Source: an uncultured Clostridia bacterium
GTDB taxonomy: Bacteria; Bacillota; Clostridia; Oscillospirales; CAG-272
NCBI GenBank assembly: GCA_946407735.1
Contig: CAMJPL010000001.1
Span: 88,182-152,181, forward strand
Direction of reading: 5' to 3'
Length of the DNA stretch: 64,000 nucleotides
The notes beneath the pieces are model-generated. The model did not search any database. It saw only the letters and a list, made by a program, of their open reading frames with translations, and was not told the origin of the DNA. The translations under genes and the position numbers were made by a program. Positions 45,966 to 54,495 of this stretch are shown in pieces (the stretch's first letter is position 1; every line of letters begins with the position of its first letter).

Positions 45966-47357
45966 ATGCCCAACATGCAGAAGACAAAGACGCCGATGCC
46001 GTCGCAGGACGCTTCCGTCCGCGCAAGAAACTGGTATGAGGTCGCTCTCGGCTACACCGCCGAGGATATGGCGAATGAGGCCGCCCGCTGCCTCAACTGC
46101 AAAAACCATCCCTGCACGGCGGGATGTCCCGTCGCCGTGAACATTCCCGGCTTCATCAAAAAGCTCGCCGAGGGAAAGCCGACAGAAGCCCTGCGAGTGA
46201 TCGAGGAGACGAGCTCTCTCGCCGCGATATGCGGCCGCGTCTGCCCTCAGGAGCGTCAGTGCGAAAGCCTCTGCGTAAGAGGAAAGAACGGCGATCCGGT
46301 CGGCATAGGACGCCTTGAGCGCTACGCCGCCGATCACGGCGTCTCCGGCATATCCGGCGCGAAGAAGGAAAAGGACAGCGGCGTCCGCGTCGCCGTCATC
46401 GGATCGGGCCCTGCGGGGCTTTCCTGCGCCTCCGATCTCTGCCGCATGGGATATGAGGTCACGGTGTTCGAGGCCCTTCACAAGGCCGGCGGCGTGCTGT
46501 CGTACGGCATACCAGAGTTCCGTCTGCCGAAGAGCATCGTCGGCAAGCAGATAGAGTCGCTGAAGGAGCTCGGCGTCGAGTTCCGGCTCGATTACGTCGT
46601 CGGACGCACATTTACCGTCGACGAGCTGTTCGAGAGCGGGTACGAGGCGATATTCATCGGCAGCGGCGCCGGACTTCCCGGATTCATGGGCATCCCCGGC
46701 GAGAACGCCGCCGGAGTCATGAGCGCGAACGAATTCCTGACGCGTATAAACCTGATGAAGGCCTACCGCGAGGAATACGACACCCCGATCCGCATACCGA
46801 CCAGAGCCGCTGTTGTCGGCGGCGGAAACGTCGCCATGGACGCCGCGAGATGCGCCATGCGCCTCGGCGCCGAGGAGGTCAGCATCATATACCGCCGCTC
46901 CGAGGAAGAGATGCCGGCGAGAGCCGAGGAGATAGAGCACGCGAAGGAAGAGGGTATCGTCTTCCGCACGCTGCAGAATCCGGTAAAGGTCAACACCGAC
47001 GAGAAGGGCAATACCGTTTCGGTGACGGTCGTCGATATGGAGCTCGGCGAGCCGGGACCCGACGGACGCCGCAGACCGGTCGAGAAGGCGGGCTCCGAGC
47101 ACGACATACCCTGCGACACGCTGATCGTCGCCGTCGGCACATCGCCGAACCCGCTGCTGCGCATGACGACGCCCGGGCTTGAGAGCGACAGGAAGGGCTG
47201 CCTTACCGTCCTCGAGGACGGCGTGACTACCACCCGTCCCGGCGTGTTCGCCGGAGGCGACGCGGTATCTGGCGCGGCGACCGTCATACTCGCGATGGGC
47301 GCCGGAAAGAAGGCCGCCAAGGCGATAGACGAGTATCTTAAAAGCAAGGCGAAATAA
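45966..47357 (+). CDS. nfnB: NfnB-type subunit (NADPH-dependent glutamate synthase small-chain homolog)
   Basis: CLNCKNHPCTAGCPV and CGRVCPQERQCE iron-sulfur cluster motifs. Dinucleotide-binding sites VAVIGSGPAGL and AAVVGGGNVAMD. Confidence 0.85.
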   Translation: MPNMQKTKTPMPSQDASVRARNWYEVALGYTAEDMANEAARCLNCKNHPCTAGCPVAVNIPGFIKKLAEGKPTEALRVIEETSSLAAICGRVCPQERQCESLCVRGKNGDPVGIGRLERYAADHGVSGISGAKKEKDSGVRVAVIGSGPAGLSCASDLCRMGYEVTVFEALHKAGGVLSYGIPEFRLPKSIVGKQIESLKELGVEFRLDYVVGRTFTVDELFESGYEAIFIGSGAGLPGFMGIPGENAAGVMSANEFLTRINLMKAYREEYDTPIRIPTRAAVVGGGNVAMDAARCAMRLGAEEVSIIYRRSEEEMPARAEEIEHAKEEGIVFRTLQNPVKVNTDEKGNTVSVTVVDMELGEPGPDGRRRPVEKAGSEHDIPCDTLIVAVGTSPNPLLRMTTPGLESDRKGCLTVLEDGVTTTRPGVFAGGDAVSGAATVILAMGAGKKAAKAIDEYLKSKAK

Positions 47358-47366
47358 ATAGACGTA

Positions 47367-47407
47367 AAACCGCGGATGTCTGCGAAGGCAGTCCGCGGTT
47401 TATTTGG
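47367..47407 (+). terminator. Rho-independent terminator after nfnB
   Basis: AAACCGCGGA-tgtctgcgaaggcag-TCCGCGGTTT followed by ATTT. Confidence 0.75.
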
Positions 47408-47443
47408 ATATCGTGTTTAACGCCGCGAGAGGGGAAAACGGAG

Positions 47444-48265
47444 ATGGAAAAATTATTCGAAGGCGTTTTTTCGGGATGCTTCTCACCTGAATGCCGCGCC
47501 GATGAAAACGGGATCATCAGGCGAAAGAACGATACCGGCGAAGACCGCGTCCTTGACGGCGATTTTTTTGACGAAACGGATATCAGGCTGTGGCGCGGCG
47601 GCGCTTTTTCAAGAAGTCTTGAGAGCCGCGCCTTTCTCGGCAATCCCGCTTCGCGCCGTCTGATTGACGAGATCGTCCGCCGCGGATGCGTGATAGATCT
47701 CGCCTGCGGACCGGGGATGGGGTTCATCCCGTCGGTGAAGATGCTCGATCCGTCGCTTCCATGCATCGCATCGGACGCGAATTACGACGTGCTGAACGAA
47801 TGGCGGAAATTCATCGGCGGAAGAAAGCTCGGCCGTCTCGGCTTCGCGCGGTTCTCGCTGTTCGACATTCCGATCAGGAGCGGCTCGGTTCCGGCGTACA
47901 GCAGCTTCATCGGGATCTCAAGCACGCGTGAGGGGGAGAAGGGGCATATAAAAGCCCTGTCCGAGATCCGACGGACTCTCTCGGATGGCGGTGTCCTCTG
48001 CGCCGTCGAGAGCGAATGGACGGACGTCCCGGCGATACTGCAGCTGTTTGAGAGGATGGGCCGGGAGCCGTGGGGCTGCTTTCTCGAAGAGCGGAAGCAG
48101 TGGCATGACAGGTTTGAGGAAAACGGCTTCGATATAATATACGAAGCGCCGTATGAGTACAGGAGTCTTTCAGCCGATGACAACGAGCTCGGCGAGGCGT
48201 CGGAAAGGTACGGCGTCGATGTGGGAATGAAGTTCACGGCGTTTATCGTCGGGAAGAGGGGATAA
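47444..48265 (+). CDS. Class I SAM-dependent methyltransferase
   Basis: Motif I VIDLACGPGMG. Substrate unknown. Confidence 0.65.
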   Translation: MEKLFEGVFSGCFSPECRADENGIIRRKNDTGEDRVLDGDFFDETDIRLWRGGAFSRSLESRAFLGNPASRRLIDEIVRRGCVIDLACGPGMGFIPSVKMLDPSLPCIASDANYDVLNEWRKFIGGRKLGRLGFARFSLFDIPIRSGSVPAYSSFIGISSTREGEKGHIKALSEIRRTLSDGGVLCAVESEWTDVPAILQLFERMGREPWGCFLEERKQWHDRFEENGFDIIYEAPYEYRSLSADDNELGEASERYGVDVGMKFTAFIVGKRG

Positions 48266-48371
48266 AAAATGACGCCCGGAATCCGCTGAAAAAACTTTAT
48301 GAAAAAACGCAGAATGACCCAATGATCAAGCCCCTTTCCGCACTTTAAAGACGAAAGGCAGGTGAGAAGCG

Positions 48372-49922
48372 ATGAATGCCGGGATACTGAGCGACTATGT
48401 CGACAGAGTTTACGCCTTTGCGGTGAAGCGGACGTTTTCCGAGGAAGAAGCGGCCGATCTTTCTCAGGAAATACTCTGTACCGCGATGGAATCGCTGCCG
48501 AAGCTGCGAGACGAGAGCCGCTTCGAGCCGTGGCTCTGGGGGATCGCGAAAAACGTGGCAAGGACATTCAGCAGAAGAATGGGAAAGCAGCGCGTGATGT
48601 TCGGCTACGATCTTCCGCCGGACCTTGCGGCGGAAGAATATGAGGACGATGACAGCAGCGAGCTCTATTCTCTGCTGCGGCTCAGGATATCGCGTTTGTC
48701 GGCGTTATACCGCGAAATCATCATTCTATACTATTATGACGGCCTTTCGACAAAAGCCATTGCCCAAAAACTCTCCGTCCCGGAGGGGACAGTAACGTGG
48801 AGGCTGTCCGAGGCGAGGCGGAAGATCAAAAAGGAGTTTGATGAAATGGAATTTGAGCAGACTGCGTTAAGACCGGTCGTGATGAGGATAACCATCACCG
48901 GCAGCGGGAATTATGACGGCATAAAAGTACCGTTCCCATCAGATTATATAAGCGACGCGCTTTCGCAGAACATTCTCTTTCAGTGCATGGAAGAAGCGAA
49001 AAGCGTGGAGGAGCTTTCGAAAATCTGCGGGGTCCCGGCTTATTATATCGAAGAGCGAATCGATAATCTTCTGAGGCGCGAAGCGGTAAAAGAAACCGCG
49101 AAAGGAAGATTTATTACCGATTTCTGGGTGAAGACGGACAAATATGCACAATATCTGGATGAAAACGCCGAGAAAGCCGTTGCGCCCGTGAAAGACGCTG
49201 TGATCGAAGCGATCCGGTGTCTGACTGAAGAATCGCGAAAAACAGGATATTATACCGCAAAAAAAAGCGATGACGAGCTCTTTTATCTTTGCGCATGGCT
49301 GGGATTTGAGCATATGAGCTACAGGTGTCCGAGAGTTCCGTATAAGCCGCACGCGGAAAAATACGACGGCTATCGCTGGGATTATATCGGAGATATGCGT
49401 ACGGGAACTTACCGCGATTTCAGTCTCGGCAGCAGTGCGTCCATGAACAACTTCGAAAGCGGAAAGTATTCGCATTTTAATTTATTCGCTTTCGGTTATG
49501 ACTGGCATCAGATGATGAAAGACTATATGATCGACGTCTGCGTAAAAGTACTCAAGGGAGAAGAACCGGAGGATAAGTCGTCCGCGGCAGAAGCTATCCG
49601 CGACGGGTATCTTGTACGAAACGGCGACGGCACGCTTTATGTCGCCGCGCCAGCGTTCACACGCAGACAGAAGGATGATTTCAATGAGCTTACAGACAAA
49701 ATATTCGCGCCGCTCTTTGAGCAGTATGTCGGCATCGTTGTAAAGTTCGCGTCAGGCTACAGGGAACTGTTCCCGAAGCATCTGCCTGACGCTGCGGACA
49801 GAGCATGCCGCGGATTATTCATGCATCTGCTCAACGCGCTGATACTGTCCGCGCAGGGAGACGGTATTTTGAAGCCTCCCGCGTCCGGCAAAGTATTGGA
49901 TGTGTTGATCGAAAACAGATAA
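48372..49922 (+). CDS. ECF-type sigma-70 family factor fused to a ~340-aa C-terminal domain
   Basis: Region 2 (FEPWLWGIAKNVAR) and region 4 (YYYDGLSTKAIAQKLSVPEGTVTWRLSEARRKIK). These are followed by a long soluble extension containing a second HTH-like segment (SVEELSKICGVPAYYIEERIDNLLRR). Confidence 0.8.
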   Translation: MNAGILSDYVDRVYAFAVKRTFSEEEAADLSQEILCTAMESLPKLRDESRFEPWLWGIAKNVARTFSRRMGKQRVMFGYDLPPDLAAEEYEDDDSSELYSLLRLRISRLSALYREIIILYYYDGLSTKAIAQKLSVPEGTVTWRLSEARRKIKKEFDEMEFEQTALRPVVMRITITGSGNYDGIKVPFPSDYISDALSQNILFQCMEEAKSVEELSKICGVPAYYIEERIDNLLRREAVKETAKGRFITDFWVKTDKYAQYLDENAEKAVAPVKDAVIEAIRCLTEESRKTGYYTAKKSDDELFYLCAWLGFEHMSYRCPRVPYKPHAEKYDGYRWDYIGDMRTGTYRDFSLGSSASMNNFESGKYSHFNLFAFGYDWHQMMKDYMIDVCVKVLKGEEPEDKSSAAEAIRDGYLVRNGDGTLYVAAPAFTRRQKDDFNELTDKIFAPLFEQYVGIVVKFASGYRELFPKHLPDAADRACRGLFMHLLNALILSAQGDGILKPPASGKVLDVLIENR

Positions 49923-49931
49923 GAAACAGAA

Positions 49932-49966
49932 GGGCGGGGAGATTGCCTCCCCGCCCCCGCGTTTTT
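49932..49966 (+). terminator. Rho-independent terminator after the sigma-fusion gene
   Basis: GGGCGGGGAG-attgc-CTCCCCGCCC followed by CCGCGTTTTT. Confidence 0.75.
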
Positions 49967-50082
49967 CCGGCGCAGGCGGGAGTGATGATGCCATCTGCGT
50001 TTCGTGCCGGAAAAATATTGTCTTTCACAGCTGACGTAAAACACATGGAAACCGCTCTGCGATTTCCGAAGCCCGGTCCATG

Positions 50083-50127
50083 AAAAATAATAAGCCCTAA
50101 GCGACACCTTTTGGAATCGCTTAGGGC
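50083..50127 (-). terminator. Terminator of tRNA-Leu (minus strand)
   Basis: On the minus strand, GCCCTAAGCGA-ttccaaaaggtg-TCGCTTAGGGC followed by TTATTATTTTT. It starts immediately 3' of the tRNA. Confidence 0.7.
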
Positions 50128-50128
50128 C

Positions 50129-50211
50129 TGGTGCGGGTAACAGGGATCGAACCTGCACGTGAAAACACAAGATCCTAAATCTTGCGCGTCTGCCAATTCC
50201 GCCATACCCGC
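50129..50211 (-). tRNA. tRNA-Leu (anticodon UAG), 83 nt with encoded CCA
   Basis: The reverse complement reads GCGGGTATGGCGGAATTGGCAGACGCGCAAGATTTAGGATCTTGTGTTTTCACGTGCAGGTTCGATCCCTGTTACCCGCACCA. Acceptor stem GCGGGTA/TACCCGC. Anticodon stem CAAGA/TCTTG with loop TTTAGGA. Long variable arm and a TTCGATC T-loop. Confidence 0.85.
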
Positions 50212-50215
50212 GTAT
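50173..50215. repeat. 43-bp direct repeat, left att site (within the intact tRNA)
   Basis: TCCTAAATCTTGCGCGTCTGCCAATTCCGCCATACCCGCGTAT, identical to 55086-55128. Covers tRNA positions 1-39 plus 4 nt upstream. Confidence 0.9.
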
Positions 50216-50335
50216 TCCCGTGAGACCTTGTATTTAAAGGGCTAACACGGTATTTGAATTTATTTCGTTCTTATGTAATGGCATACGGTCTGCCATTGTT
50301 TTTTGAGCTTTTTCTGTGTGAGTCTGCCAATATTA

Positions 50336-51700
50336 TCACATAGAGCCTGTTATAATATTCGTCATCGTAGAGACGCAAGCCCTTTCGGAAGTCGTTTTCA
50401 AGTGCCCGTAAATGTTGACTGTCGTTTGTATGTCGCTGTGTCCGAGAAGTTTCTGTATCTTCTCTATCGGCACACCGTGTTCATGTAATATTTTCGTTAC
50501 TGTGTGACGCAAATCATGAAATCTGATATGCGGCATACCGCAGTCATCGAGCATCTTTGAATACATCTGGGATAAGCAGTTCGGCTTTATTATCTTTCCC
50601 GCATTCGGTTTCTTCGTCCTCAAGCAGATATAATCCGACCACTCAGAATTATAGTCCGGTATCGTTTCCGCTCTTTCTTTCTGCTGTTCCTTTTCGGTTT
50701 TGAGAATATCGAGCAGCGTATCGTCAATCTCTATACCTCTGAGAGATGAAGCCGTTTTTCCTTTCGGTTCCCATAACAAGCCGTCTATCGCATCTTCCGT
50801 TTTTACTCTGTCTTTAAGCTGTCCTCTGACGTATAACAACTTATTATCAAAGTCGATATCTTTCCACCTCAAGCCGAGAACTTCACTTCGCCTCATCGCA
50901 GTTATCGACGCAAGCAAAATAGGTATGTATAATCCCGTTTCCTTCGCATAGTTTATGAGCTTATACACCTGATCTTCGCTGTATGTCTCGGCGTAGTATT
51001 TTTCTTTCTTCGGCAAAGTAACTTTATCAGCAGGGTTATTGACGATAATATCTTTGAAATATGCGTCTTTTAATGCGCTTTTAATGAGCGCATGATAGCG
51101 TCTTATCGTCTCATTCTTTATGCCTCTTTCCTCTTTTATGTCTGAATAGAATTGTTCGAGCTGATAAGCGTTGATCTCTTTCAGCTTGACATCGTATTGC
51201 GAGAAATAAGGCACAATAACTCCACGGATATTGTATTCGTAAGATGAAAATGTCGATAGCTCTATCGTGTTCCTTTTCTTCTCCAACCAAAAATCCATGT
51301 ATCCCGAGAATTGCATTTCCGCGATATCTTTCTGAACGTCGGATTTGGGGAAGGTTTTCTTTTCTGACTTTGCGGCTTTGGGTTTATCGTCGATGTTGAA
51401 GTCGAGAATATGCCCCGTCTTCATCTCTTTTGCTTCCCATTCCGCCTTTTTGCTCTGCATCATCCTTTCTGCTATGGGTCTATTTTCTTCTGTTGCTGAA
51501 AGTCCTGTTCCGATTGTTTTCCTTTGACGCTTGCCGTAAATGGTATGGTCTAAGACGATGTACCATTTGCCTTTCTGATCGTCAAGTCTTGCTTTCAAAT
51601 TTTCGCCGTTCCTTTTTTTGCAACAGCCATCGGCAGAAGATATTATATCATAATCTTGCGCGTCTGTCAAGTTTGTACCGTTAAAATCCTTAGTAAACAA
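50336..51700 (-). CDS. int: Tyrosine-type site-specific integrase
   Basis: C-terminal catalytic motifs (MRRSEVLGLRW, IRFHDLRHT, LLGHSDIQTTVNIYGHL). N-terminal arm-binding-like region KKRNGENLKARLDDQKGKWYIVL. TTG start at 51700, 10 nt after a GGAG SD. Confidence 0.9.
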   Translation of the reverse strand: MFTKDFNGTNLTDAQDYDIISSADGCCKKRNGENLKARLDDQKGKWYIVLDHTIYGKRQRKTIGTGLSATEENRPIAERMMQSKKAEWEAKEMKTGHILDFNIDDKPKAAKSEKKTFPKSDVQKDIAEMQFSGYMDFWLEKKRNTIELSTFSSYEYNIRGVIVPYFSQYDVKLKEINAYQLEQFYSDIKEERGIKNETIRRYHALIKSALKDAYFKDIIVNNPADKVTLPKKEKYYAETYSEDQVYKLINYAKETGLYIPILLASITAMRRSEVLGLRWKDIDFDNKLLYVRGQLKDRVKTEDAIDGLLWEPKGKTASSLRGIEIDDTLLDILKTEKEQQKERAETIPDYNSEWSDYICLRTKKPNAGKIIKPNCLSQMYSKMLDDCGMPHIRFHDLRHTVTKILHEHGVPIEKIQKLLGHSDIQTTVNIYGHLKTTSERACVSTMTNIITGSM

Positions 51701-52247
51701 CTGCTAATCACTCCTTGTAATTGTAAACTCTTGAACATAAAATGTCCGAATAAATAACTACTGTTCATGAAATTATGGTTAGAGATATCTAACATGAACG
51801 TAAAAATGCCGCATAATTCACACTATGCGGGTGATGATATTCATAATATGCGTTAATATACATCGAATATGCAGAAAATATACATCAACGAAAATGTATA
51901 TTGCCGAAAATTATTTTCCGAAAAAGTCCGAATTGCGATTTATCCAGTAAATATAAGGCTTAATGCGATTCGCCGTTTTATATTAAAGTCCCATTTTGTA
52001 TAATGTAACGCCGTTTGAACGAAGTATTGAATTTTATGCTATCTTTGACTTTCTGACCTTCAGAAAAGCAGACTCAGCCGTTTATATTTCAGAAATATAT
52101 TCATCGGCAGATATCAATTCTCCGTTTCTTGCGCGTCTGCCGTGAGCCTTTGCAAGGCATAAAAACAGCGCTTTGGGGAGAGAGAATAATATATCCCTCT
52201 CCCGTAAAATGTCTCATTTCAGCCTTAAAACGCGCATATGACGCTGA

Positions 52248-52448
52248 TCATGAGATATAATCTCTGAGCGCCGTCTCGCTGACGCTCCAACCGTTTCCGA
52301 GCTTAACGCCTCTTATCTCGCCTGTTCTGATCTTATTCAAAGCTGTCCGATAGTTCACTCCGAGTTTGTTTGCGACTTCCTCGGACGTGTACATCTTTAT
52401 GCTTTCGTTCTTGTTTGTCTGCTGATTGTGAATCTTGATTGTTCTCAT
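52248..52448 (-). CDS. Excisionase-like / HTH_17-type DNA-binding protein
   Basis: YTSEEVANKLGVNYRTALNKIRTGEIRGVKLGNGWSVSETALRDYI is typical of Xis/MerR-like HTH domains. An alternative start exists at M19 (52394). Confidence 0.7.
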   Translation of the reverse strand: MRTIKIHNQQTNKNESIKMYTSEEVANKLGVNYRTALNKIRTGEIRGVKLGNGWSVSETALRDYIS

Positions 52449-52519
52449 TTTTCGTGTCCCTTTCTTTATTCCGTTTCTCTTTCTTACCTCATGCCGCTGT
52501 TCATGAGGAATAATCTATC

Positions 52520-53644
52520 TCAATCTACAAGCTCTACGTTTGTCATAACGTAGTTTCCGCCCATAGAGTTATACCATTGAAATTGAACGATAGCTTTTCT
52601 CACAACGCCGTTGAGGGTATTTATCTCGGCGGTTTCGTCTTCCGCTGTTGTCCCCGCTAATTCCTCAACGTCCTTGCAATCGTCCATACGTTCAATTTTA
52701 AGTTCTTTTCGGGCTTTCTGAAATACACCGCCCATAGCCATAGCGTGACGATTCTTCAAAACTTTTGAGAGTGTCGATACCGTCGAATCAATAACGGCGT
52801 TCTGCTGAGAAAATATCTTCGTGTATTCCTTGCAGTCCTTATCGTTTATATCTCCCTTTCCGACGTATGCAGCCGTTTCAAGGGTCTGCTTCATGAGTTC
52901 CGAATAGTCCTCTGTACCCTCCGCAACGGGCTTTACGTTTACGCCTTTGTCGGGATTAATATATTTTCCTGTTATTCTGCCCCATGCCGATGTAAGCGTC
53001 TTTTGGAGAATGTCACACTCTCCCTGAGTGCGATAACTGTCTTTCTTAACGGCGACAATGGCGTGAATATGAGGGTGATATATAATCAATCGGTTTTTCA
53101 ATTCTCCGTAGTTTACCGTTATCTCAGTAGCCTTGAAAAAGCCGAGAGAGAATGAATTAAACTCTTTCGATTTTCTGAGTGCCGTCCATGCCCTTTCGAT
53201 ATTATCGTATTCGGAGTTCAGATTTTCGCCTGTTATTCTTCCGCTGACGGTAAGCGTGAGCAGAATAAAACTGTATTCTTCTGTATCGTTATAGAGATAG
53301 TCGACTATGTCCGAAAGATTTTTTCTCATCTTCCGATACTTGTTCCATGAGCAGAGAGCGCAGAGGCGATCTTCGCAGAACCATGCGGATTTGAATTTAC
53401 CCCGCGAGAATACGCCGTCTTTGTAAACAGCCTCATACCATATCGGAGTGCCGCAGCTTCTGCACCTGTCCGCTCTGTCTTTCTCGCCTAAACGGTACAG
53501 ACTGTCCGAGAGCTTAATATTCAGCCTTTTGCGGTCTTTAAAGCCGTTCTCTTTGTCGATGTCATATCGGCATTTCCGTTCAAGTTCGGATTTATTAATC
53601 CGTATTTTTTCTTCCGTCTGATTGACGGGCATTATTTTTTCCAT
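52520..53644 (-). CDS. rep: Rolling-circle replication initiator, pC194/pUB110 (Rep_1) type
   Basis: Motif 1 FILLTLTV, HUH motif YHPHIHAIV, and the Tyr motif ETAAYVGKG. Also an N-terminal Cys cluster CRSCGTP...FCEDRLCALCSWNKYRK. AGGAG SD 8 nt before the ATG. Confidence 0.85.
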   Translation of the reverse strand: MEKIMPVNQTEEKIRINKSELERKCRYDIDKENGFKDRKRLNIKLSDSLYRLGEKDRADRCRSCGTPIWYEAVYKDGVFSRGKFKSAWFCEDRLCALCSWNKYRKMRKNLSDIVDYLYNDTEEYSFILLTLTVSGRITGENLNSEYDNIERAWTALRKSKEFNSFSLGFFKATEITVNYGELKNRLIIYHPHIHAIVAVKKDSYRTQGECDILQKTLTSAWGRITGKYINPDKGVNVKPVAEGTEDYSELMKQTLETAAYVGKGDINDKDCKEYTKIFSQQNAVIDSTVSTLSKVLKNRHAMAMGGVFQKARKELKIERMDDCKDVEELAGTTAEDETAEINTLNGVVRKAIVQFQWYNSMGGNYVMTNVELVD

Positions 53645-53697
53645 GAGCTTACGCTCCTTTCTGGTGATATATCATCCTTTCTTTTTTGAGATTTTAT

Positions 53698-53715
53698 AGT
53701 TATCATATGATAACT
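53698..53715. promoter_or_regulatory. Perfect 18-bp palindrome AGTTATCATATGATAACT upstream of rep (candidate operator)
   Basis: Perfect dyad lying 54-71 bp upstream of the rep ATG, next to a TATAAA -10-like hexamer on the minus strand. Confidence 0.5.
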
Positions 53716-53860
53716 TTGCTGAAAAGTGTAAGTCCGATTTATATAGATAAATACTGACTTTCTTGAAAAATCGCTGACACTTATCCGTAATATAACTTAA
53801 TCATGTAGAAAACCGAAATCTCAGCTTTTCGGAGAGAGGCATAACGTCAATTCGAGAATC

Positions 53861-53908
53861 AATCCGCCTTTGATACATGACAGCGGTCAACGTGTGTCTG
53901 AGCGGATT
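53861..53908 (+). other. Candidate double-strand origin: hairpin with a CTTTGATACAT loop
   Basis: AATCCGC (53861-53867) pairs with GCGGATT (53902-53908). The loop carries TTGATACAT at 53870-53878. As I recall, the pC194/pUB110 nick region is CTTGATA(C), so this is a resemblance only. GCGG(A/C)TTTCTCTC...CTAT is repeated at 53902 and 54124. Confidence 0.35.
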
Positions 53909-54495
53909 TCTCTCTCCTATTAAATCAAATGACTCAAAAACTCATCAGCCCTTGTAAATGCTGAATAAATCAGTTGTAAGAAGATTGTGCCACCACCCCG
54001 AAAACGGCGATTTTTGTATATTTTCCGTATCTCTATCGTCACTTCATGGCGGTCTGCTGATATGCCGTTGTCATTCTAATATATTCTACTGTCGGCTGAG
54101 TGTTGTTCCGTAGTCGATTGATTGCGGCTTTCTCTCCTATACCGAAAAATACCACAAGACAACAAACGCAGATAAATACTACATAAATCAATGGTCATTT
54201 ACTTTAGTTTACTAAAAATTGGGTGCTTTTTTGTATGTTTTTACGTTCGGATAGACTCTTAAAATCTTAAAAAGTTGCGAATATTAATATAACAGTTAAA
54301 AGTATCTAACCCATAAACAAAAAAGGCCGTCATTTCTGACGGTCGTATCGTTCGATCTTTGATCTCTGCATCTGCTGTACCATTATCGGATGAATAAGCG
54401 ATACAGCTTAAAACGTGTAATGTACCCCCCGTATCGAGCGCAAATATAAAACCGTGGGCTTAGTCTGTCCACGGTCTTGTAGTTATGTTCGATTG

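Noticed and set aside
45441-47102. 553-aa ORF antisense to nfnA/nfnB, and the track start at 44961 for nfnA.
   Set aside because: This is an antisense artefact. The 41-codon N-terminal extension of nfnA covers the promoter and has no SD, whereas the ATG at 45084 has a GGAGAG SD.
54191-54262. 23-codon hydrophobic mini-ORF (MVIYFSLLKIGCFFVCFYVRIDS) in the element's non-coding block, considered as a type I toxin.
   Set aside because: It has no SD, no identifiable promoter and no overlapping antisense transcript signal. In AT-rich DNA, such short hydrophobic ORFs arise by chance.
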